A stretch of DNA of 64,000 nt from NCBI GenBank assembly GCA_965285935.1, contig OZ260667.1:65782001-65846000 (forward strand), written 5' to 3'. Both the position numbers and the translations under genes were made by a program. Each line of letters begins with the position of its first letter. Position 1 is the first letter of the stretch. A model generated the notes under the pieces. The model saw only the letters and a list, made by a program, of their open reading frames with translations, had not been told where the DNA came from and did no database searches. Positions 55,434 through 64,000 of the stretch are shown in pieces. Source of the stretch: Ophelia neglecta. Its lineage: Eukaryota.

Positions 55434-55611
55434 CAGTAAAACATGCCTTAAAGACCACCTCTATAATCAGACCACTTGTCAATTCAGACCACTAATACGA
55501 GGACCATGCTGTATACTTTGTATGTCTAATAACATGACTTAACAGACAACCTCCAAAATAAGACCAGCTTTTTCCAGTCCCATTGGTGGTCTTAATTCAC
55601 AGGTTCCACTG
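55434..55611. mobile_element. Tc1/mariner/pogo-type MITE nested in the Ngaro element
   Basis: TA-CAGTAAAACATGCCTTAAAGACCACC ... GGTGGTCTTAATTCACAGGTTCCACTG-TA (imperfect TIRs, TA TSD). Confidence 0.75.
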
Positions 55612-56454
55612 TATACACCTGTTGTAAGCATTGAAATTAATACCGGGGTTAATCACCAATCGGTAGCAACAAGACTAGTAAATCTTTAAAAGCGGGCCTA
55701 TCAGGGGTAGGCACGGCTCATTAGCGTTAAAAATTGAAGCAGCTACACTTGCTTAATTTACTTTTTATTCCAATAAACCTAATATCGTTATATCTTGCAT
55801 GTTAACCCATTTCTTATAGCCTGGGTTGTGTTAATCCAAATATTGTACCCATATACATGTATCTGGCCTGTTATAACCATGATAGTATGTTTAATTTGTA
55901 TACACTAATATTGAAAATATTTTAGTATAGGCGTTCCAAACAAGTATAAAGTATGCTCGAAAATTTAGAAATTGTACTTAGATTTTCCTGCACATGGTAT
56001 ACTATGCCCAGTGTAAACACGTTACATAAAGATGGGTTTTTGGGAGGCTGTGCTAGGTCGTGCCATGCACTTTGCCTTTTTCCTTTTACGAAATGCCATA
56101 TTTGCAGGTGACTAACAAGCCCAGTAGGGCTGGGTGTAATTTGTTTGTCTAGGGTTTACTTTTTATGCTTATAAATATATGCACTATGCCACTATAATAA
56201 ACAATCAATCAATTAACCAATCGTATGATAGACATATTGTCCCTAAATATCTGCAGCAGCAAACGAAGTTGTCCTTAACATATTCCATAAGTCTGAATGC
56301 ATGTCGCTGTTGTATTATTGTGTGCCTTATTAACTGGTAACCCCGCTGGTGGGAGCATTTCATTTTCAGTGGTTGTACATGCACGTATAGTCTTTTTTTG
56401 GAGATGTAAGCAGTAAGCCATGACAACTTGTTCAATAGATCATAAACAGCTGCG

Positions 56455-57670
56455 CATGTAAGGGATACGCAGTGCCGAGCAACGCTAAAACCCTAACATA
56501 GCTGCGATGGAAATCGTCACCAAATATGGGTAACAGCAAATTACGATACTATAATGTATCTTGCACTAGACTAAGCTCACTTCGAATATTATTGTGTGCA
56601 CTATTAATGCCTGAACGTATTCGGAGGAGATGCCCATAGTTACCAGGTCTCGTACCTCTTTTGCCTATCAGGGGTAGGCTAAAGGTACTTAATTCACATA
56701 ATTGGCGTTTGTAAACGCAATATACACATTGTTTAACCAGACAGTTAGAATGGACTATGTTATTGTCCGATGAGTTTTATAATTTCTTAAAAGCCCTAAG
56801 TTATGGTAATGCATAATCCATAATGTTTAAATTTTTATCAAATAATTATAAAGGATAGGTGGATATACACGTTAGGGATATGTAGCGCAGAGCATTGCGC
56901 AAAATCCTGACGTAGCGGTGATAGAAATGGCCACCGAGTATGGGTAACAGCAATTTAGGATTTGTAATTTATCATCCTTTATTATTAGACCAAGCTCACT
57001 GTGTGAATATTATTGTGCGCAGTATGAATTTCTGAATGTATTTAGAGAAGACGCTTATTGTTACCACGTCTCGTATCTCTTTTGCCTATCAGGGGTAGGC
57101 TAAAGATACTTAATTAACATGATTGGCGTTTGTAAACGCAATATACACATTGTTTAACCAGATAGTTAGAATGGACTATGTTATTGTCTGATGAGTTTTA
57201 TAATTTCTTAAAAGCCCAAATTTATGGTAATTCATAATCCATAATGTTTTAAGTTTTATCAAATGATTATAAAGGATAAGTGGATATACATGTTAGGGAT
57301 ATGTAGCGCAGAGCAATGCGCAAAATCCTGACGTAGCTGTGATGGAAACTGTCACCGAGTATGGGTAACAGCAATTTAGGATTTGTAATTTATCATCCTT
57401 TATTATTAGACCAAGCTCACTGTGCGAATATTATTGTGCGCAGTATTAATTTCTGAATGTATTTAGAGAAGACGATCAGGTCTCGTATCTCTTTTGCCTA
57501 TCAGGGGTAGGCTAAAGATAGTTATTTCAGATAAATGGCGTTAGTAAACGCATTGTACTCATTTTGAACCACCAAGTTAGAAGGGACGCTGCTATGGTGT
57601 AGCGAGTTACATAATTGGAATTTCTGAAGTGCCTTAAGTTATGGTAATGCATAATTAATAATGTTAAGTT
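56455..57670 (+). repeat. Three tandem ~413-421-bp units inside the Ngaro 3' region
   Basis: AGGGATA..GCAG..CGC.AAA..CCT.AC.TAGC recurs at 56461, 56874 and 57295; CTTTTGCCTATCAGGGGTAGGCTAAAG occurs three times. Confidence 0.9.
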
Positions 57671-59409
57671 ACAGCAAGGGCACATAAAATGCACTGTATA
57701 CAAACATTAATGGAGTGTCTTCAGCACTATATACAATTTAACAGTCAATTTAATTATAGGTGATAGGCGTATCTATATCTAGGATATCAAAGTTAGCAAT
57801 TGTCTGTCCGTCACTTCTTGGGTGGGGGGCTACTCTTCGGGAGTAGCGGTGGGTTTTCCCCCACCTTTGTAAATTGCCTAATGTTATATTCAATATATAA
57901 CCATTTCAACACAAACATGCGTTGGGTCTTGTTCAATTTACAAATGAACTTCTAAGTGACGGACATGCAAAATAAGAAAACAAATTTATTGTAACAATAA
58001 ATGCATTTCTTGTTTTCATGGGAGTATTTTGTTTTGATAACAGTTATATTACCTATTGTACACACATGCCATTCTATGCTACATTTTACTGGTACAAGCC
58101 AGCCTTAAGGTAATTAGCTATGCAGACTAAACTATTGTGCCAAAGGGGTGAAGGTGGCAAAGCCATTGACCGGATAATAGGCCAGCCCAAAAGCAGCCAT
58201 GCGGATCAAGACTGGCCTGTTCTACAGACTATCTGCCTTTCAGCGAGCTTCACTCTTACCAGATAGGTGTGTTTGGAAACACCCTCCCACCTACCCCCGT
58301 CATCATCCATCAGTACTTATATATTATATATATTATATATATTATGTATTGTTGTGGGTTTTCCCCCACCTTTGTAAATTGCCTAATGTTATATTCAATA
58401 TATAACCATTTCAACACAAACATGCGTTGGGTCTTGTTCAATTTACAAATGAACTTCTAAGTGACGGACATGCAAAATAAGAAAAATCATTTTAGAACAG
58501 AAGCTACAAATTCAATGAAAATAGATGAAATATATGTACAATTTGTGAAACTTGGGTTCTGACTATCATATAAATAAAATGGGTGGTTTTGTAGAAGTGG
58601 GTAGTTGTATGTTGCCAGCTCATAATTACAATAAGGCATATCAATGATTATTTAGTTAAGATACAGGGCTGGATGTGATTGATTGTCTTTTCAGACTTGA
58701 AGCTTAAAGCATGGACCAGAGGGGCTGGCTTTCGCATTTTGTCACAAATCCACATTCCTTTGCCACAAACTATCCAAATGCATTATATGAATGTAAAGGA
58801 AATGCCTTTAGCTGTGTACAAAACTAAAACGAAGATTTTTTTATGATTCTTAATCTTGAAATTTAACGCAAATAAATGAAATACATGTTCGCTTCGTGAC
58901 ATCCTAGTATGTGGTAAAATTAAAACTAGATTAAATACTATATTACTAGATCAAAAACGTGTTTGTATGGCAAATTAACGTAGTAAATAATAAAGAGAAT
59001 AAATGATCATACAAATCTGAATGTAAATTAAAAAAATACCTTGTTAGCCAAACGATTTTTCGGTTCCGGAATGCTCTAACAGAACTCTGCCTAAGTAGTC
59101 ATGATTTGGAAATAAGGATAGGCCATTAAAATTTAATCCTAAAATTGTTGCACACTTAAGTTTTTTTAAATTATGTTATGTCGAAGTAGAGGAGGAAATT
59201 CACTTTTTATTGGGTTGTCCTAAGTAGAGTTCTACACGCACCTACTTTAGGGCGAATTATCCAAGCAACTGTTTACATTATTAATGTCGTCGTAGAACGA
59301 GCAAACCTTATCCTGGTTATGAAATATATTACTCAATTCATTAAAGACAGGGCCCTTATCGTTGGATTATAATCACATATCTGCACGTTCCATAAAACTT
59401 GTTGTAGAC

Positions 59410-59890
59410 AATATGGCCAAATATGTGATCAATATAACTATGAAGCTGAAAGTCTTGTATTGGAATCAGAACAACCTGAACAGTGAGATAAGAAGGTTGC
59501 TAGTGAATGCCTTAAAACAACCGCACCTGGATTATGGTAGTTGTTTTGGTTTCAGATAGTACCTCAAATATCAAAACATGTGCTTCAGTCTGCACAAAAC
59601 AAAGCACTGCTCATGCAGTAAAAACTGAATTGGCTCAAGGTGCAAAGCAGATTAAATACAATATTGTCTGTTTAATATTTAAATGTTTGAATGACCGTGG
59701 TCCTGGTTACCTTATACCTAGCCGTAGAGTATCTCATGGCCACTTAACCAGGAATAGCAGTCACAATGTTGTTTTGCAAAGAACAGGTGTCTATGGTCAA
59801 ATGACATTTGCTTTTTTGAGTGCTGGGTATTGGAATGAGATTCCTGAAAATGTAAAAGCCTGTGATAATTTACTTACTCCAAAGTAATGT
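59410..59890 (+). mobile_element. LINE ORF2 C-terminal fragment (paralogous to and continuing 44190-44310)
   Basis: NMAKYVINITMKLKVLYWNQNNL..IRRLLVNALKQPHLDY and LIFKCLNDRGPGYL...TFAFLSAGYWNEIPENVK. Confidence 0.8.
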
Positions 59891-62800
59891 GCGGCTTCTT
59901 TGTTTGTATTTTATTAGTCGAGGGCAATATCATAATTTTCTGATCAGGGATATTTCATGTCTGGTTGGGCAAGTGGATTAGTTTCTGTTTCTTTAAGGGC
60001 TGGTCATGGAAATAATCACCGGCCAGTCTCTCATCCACCCCCCCCCCCCCTCTACAACCCTACCCCGTTACCCACACATATATACTATCCTATTTTCGCC
60101 ATTGCCTCCCTTAACACCTCCCAAGCCATCAATATGTATAAAGCCTCCCCTCGACCCTGCTGTCCCTCTCTGGCACGGGCTCCCTCGGAGCCATGTACGG
60201 CTGAAACCAGCATTGCCACATCCTACCCCATCTATTTCCCTAGGTTAATTTAGACATGGTGTGGCAGAAGCTCGTGCCTGATAGAGGGCGGTGATAAAGA
60301 ATGTGGTGTTTTATAATTCTTACTAAAAGTCTGTTTTGATATGAAAATCTACGCAATAATCCTGCACAGGTATAAGCGTGCATTACCACCACTGTTTGAT
60401 AGCTGTGTCCTTGACCTCAGATGCAAACAAACTGACTTGCTCGCCTGGTATTGACTGTATCGGCGTGAGAAATGTGAGTCAAAACACTACACAACGCGTG
60501 CAGCATTTCTCTGGCGTTTAGCTACTGTGATTAGCTTTGATCAAGGTACGGATCGCGTACATTGAAGAAAAAAGTGAAACAACCACTGGTACCGATATAT
60601 TTGGAAATATTGAGGAAAATATTCCGTTCTAAAAGGTAACAAACAAGGGAAGCTAATCACTGCCACCAGACAAGCTAAAGTTAGTTGTCCGCATTGGCAA
60701 GTGAGAGGGTCGCTCCATATATTAAATTTATTTTCATAGTGTGGTCTAAAGTAAGTATAGAATTGGCTCAAAACATAACTCGTGTGGTTGGCCTGGAAGG
60801 TATGCAGACAGTAAACTGTTTCCCGTTGAAACGTTCGACAGATGTTTCATTGACCTGGGATGAAAAACTAGCTGCCAAGTCTGGCTATACCATCGACTGT
60901 ATTATCACCCTATTACATTCTATGGCTATAATGTGTAGAGGCTACCTAGGCAATAGATACTTGCAGCGTGGTTGATGTAATTATTGTGTACACGGTGCAA
61001 AGCTACATGATGTGGATTCATATTCCCTGGATACGTAAGATATTGCTTTAAACATCATTACAAGAGGACCAGCACATTGAGATAGAAACACCGCAGTGCA
61101 TGGTAGCTAAAACGAGATAAGTACATACCGAATGGTTATAAATAATCTTGCAACTTTGTTAGTGAATTAATTTCTGCCTCAGTCCATCCTGTGTTACTGA
61201 AATAGCTATGACCTTACTTGTCTGGGAACTCTGTTTTTTTAGTTCCCTCGTTGCCGCATCGAATATTTTAACTTTGGAACTTTTCTCGGTAAGGAGCGTA
61301 TGTTATAAGCCCGTGATAATCCCGTGAACAGAGACTGGATGCACATACTAGTTATACAAATGTCAAATATTGCCTGGTTATGTTTATTTGTTTTTGTTCG
61401 CTAACCCTTGTTAGGAGTGAGATAATATAAAAACGATTTGTCGGGTATTAGGAAGCATTGAAGTTATGTTAGATCAGAAAACAACTGTTTTATACCAACT
61501 ATAATCCAGTGAAGAATATACACAGTTCGTATAATTCCATGCTCTATCTATAGGGGTCTAGGATAATATATGCATGAAATAAAACTCTTTGTGGATGTTT
61601 TAACAGGTGAGATTTAATCAAATAATTGATAATTGTCAATTGTCCTGCGAAACACGTTAACATGACATTTAACAATATAGTTCAACAGTATTAACGATGA
61701 AGTAAAAGGTCCAAAACTTAACCTGTAATAGGTATAAACTAGGTTGTTAATAGTTTCTTTCTAAGCTGTAGAGGATATCAGGGCAAAGACAGTTTAAAAG
61801 ATAAAACAATGAAATAAATGCATCGGCTCGCAATGGTAAATTATAATATAAGTTGTTGATTTAAAAATAATGGCAGAGTTCATAATATAAATTTAGACAT
61901 CGTGCTTAAAGGCTGGCAAACCATTTGGCATTTTTGCTATGTGTCCTTTAATATAAAATGTTTACCCATTTTGAAGCTCATCTGTACACCCGAAATTGTT
62001 CAGTACCTTATACACGAATTTTGATAGACCCTGTCAAAATATTGGCCCCGACCCGACCGGCAGCCTTCGCGCTAAGTTTGTAACCAATACGCAAGTATCC
62101 CAGGCATCAGATGCTGATACCACACCCGCCTTTACTTGCCCCGGTACTAGGTATCGCTACTCCTACCTCGTCTCCAAAAATTGAAATTCCGTGGAAATAA
62201 CTGAAGATGGGCACCAACTCCAATTGTCACTTATTCATGTTATGAAATGTGTATTAATACCAAAGAATTAATTGAACACAACTTTTCGTTCGTCACTGCG
62301 TGATGACATTACTCAATGCCAATGTAGTCACTATTTTGCGTGACGACATATATGTTGTCACTGAAAATTGCGAATGGACGTGACTAACGAGAGTGAACAC
62401 GAATGTAGGTGTGTTCACATTGAGCACTTAAAAATGACACAGGTATTCAGAAGGTAGTCAGGCAGTGATCGAGATGGAAGTCTTGTTTAATATCTCGTAT
62501 ACGAAATGACCCAGTAAACCTAAGAGTGGGTAATAAGATTTCTATCTAATCATATGATTACATTAAAGAAATAAAATCCACTAGAATCAAATCACGTTGC
62601 CTACAAGTCAAGGAGATTTCAAAAAATAATATAAATAACTAGAATCTAGTCATTATGACAAAGTCACCGTAGTAAAGTTGATTATTATCACATCATCATT
62701 ATTTCCCCTTAAGCTGTCAATATAAGCACACATACGAATCACGTGAAGAATATTTTACTTGTCAACTGGCAATTCTTAAGGATTATATATTTGAGATGGA

Positions 62801-64000
62801 AACCTCAAAAATAGGTGGACACTACTCTTGTTAACACCAATAACACTGACCTTAACATTCCAGACCGCAGTACTACCTTTTAAAACATACCCCTACACTT
62901 ATCCTACCCCTTAATTAATTACCCTAAACTCAGTGGGTGGAGGTCGCTGTTGGTCGATTTAACTGTATTCCTTTATTGCAGGGACCGATCGTAATAACAC
63001 TTAAAACAACTGAAAAAATATGCTAATATAATTATATTAATGTAGTTTATTATCGCTTGCAATAACTGTCGTTACAGATAACAGTTAATAGATAACGGAC
63101 GGTCCATATCACAGTGCACCTATACAGCAAGCGACTACATCAAACGCTATATAGGTAGGGAACCTCTTATAATAAGGCCAGTATGGTATATAACTACACG
63201 CACTGGGCTACTTGTGCCCATTAAAATGTCAATACCTGGCTGTAGGGTGGCGTCACCAACCGCGAAAATCCGCAACCCTTTAAGAACCACATTATCGCTC
63301 ACCGACGGCATGAATGCAAACAAAATGCCTGTCAAGAAAAACCACGAAACTTTTACCATTTGCGCCAACACGATACATTTAACCTGCTCATTACCGCATA
63401 ACAACATCGACGTGTTACTTATACAGCACAATATTTAGAGTTAACGCTGAATTTTTTAATATATTTAGATTGGAGTCAATGATTCGTTGCATTACCCAAA
63501 TAGTGTGTTTTATTTTATAATTTCATCCTTTAAAACTTGGTAATAATTTATGCAGGAGTATAGAAAATTCTAGCAGGAATTTCTAAGGCTTATTTCGACT
63601 AGTATACACTGACAAAGCAACCTAGTTGACCAGGAATAGTGCGGTGGGTAAACCAAATCCCGTTAGAATCCTGCTTTGAATCCCACAATGCGCCGTTCCT
63701 TGTAAGCATTATCCACTCCACACATTCATATCGTAATAGGCATGTTATTGTACAATGTAAGCTGTTCAATTTAAAATTCGTGCATTTCTCTTTGCGATAT
63801 AGGCTCGTCAAATGCGAGCCTTAGCATGCACATTCGTTATGAAGCACTCAACATTTACCGATTCACTCTTGTAAAGAAGATATACGGAAAGTTTTTACCC
63901 CCATTGAAACGACAAGAGTCCAATGCACACAACGTACACATTGTACAACACCTGTGTCGAGAATGGTAATTAGGATAACGTCCAAGGTACAAAATGCGCG

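Larger units (their letters stand above)
50970..58485 (+). mobile_element. Ngaro/PAT-type tyrosine-recombinase (DIRS-order) retrotransposon, non-autonomous, with split direct repeats A1...B1-A2-B2
   Basis: A1 50970-51272 = A2 57977-58279; B1 57849-57980 = B2 58354-58485. Internal remnants: gag (~53460-53745, ..PDFMRYIPTIREIH..WYQYD), RT start (~53750-53960, EGF..RIGYQGP, CSPLGLV), RNase H (~54280-54650, LELVPIVLAVEVW, TDN..VDIINKQTS) and YR (~54690-55127, GLAPATITSHWAAISYCHKL, PGPLF, YKGHSVRI, GLWHSNAFQKYIR). Confidence 0.92.
32200..64000. repeat. Mosaic of old tandem segmental duplications (at least 3 main units plus partial units)
   Basis: Homologous blocks, all in the same orientation: 32200-33640 ~ 46270-47570 ~ 62290-63640; 34370-34460 ~ 63905-64000; 34880-35740 ~ 38320-38640 ~ 49150-49870 ~ 42900-43480; 36140-36370 ~ 39020-39250; 44190-45550 ~ 59410-61130; 46050-46250 ~ 61920-62110; 40880-41100 ~ 50370-50570; 50690-50955 ~ 58665-58815. 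Confidence 0.85.

Noticed and set aside
38530-63116. RAG recombination signal heptamers CACAGTG (e.g. ~38531, ~46720, ~63109)
   Set aside because: No ACAAAAACC-like nonamer at 12/23-bp spacing where I checked, and no RAG/Transib coding sequence in the window.
32860-63260. Selenoprotein signature (TGA in two copies aligned with TGT Cys in the third, ..W/R-[TGA/TGT]-H/R-H-P-T..)
   Set aside because: The same frame also has TAG/TAA stops in the copies, and I could not identify a SECIS element.

Overview
This is AT-rich, intron-containing animal genomic DNA, probably from a marine invertebrate (taxon not determinable), with one N-gap at 48069-48254. Most entries in the ORF track are spurious. 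Features I can support: (i) the last three exons of an unidentified + strand gene (2688-6154); (ii) a symmetric phase-1 PAN/Apple-domain exon (14865-15119, -); (iii) a decayed coiled-coil gene fragment (~20.3-20.9 kb, -) and an orphan 208-codon terminal exon (22162-22788, -); (iv) a complete 9-exon gene for a SWIM zinc finger + YqaJ/lambda-exonuclease (PD-(D/E)XK) protein (29275->23942, -), the type of accessory protein carried by ISL2EU-like DNA transposons, but with no transposase or TIR pair found in the window; (v) a 7.5-kb Ngaro/PAT-type tyrosine-recombinase retrotransposon (50970-58485) whose split direct repeats look identical while its gag/RT/RNase H/YR coding is ruined; (vi) many MITEs, SINE and LINE fragments and minisatellites; (vii) from ~32 kb to the end, a mosaic of old tandem duplications carrying five co-oriented copies of a conserved CTCF-like/promoter-like cassette and three copies of an exon-like block with a conserved splice acceptor but no shared ORF. 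All alignments and translations were done by eye.
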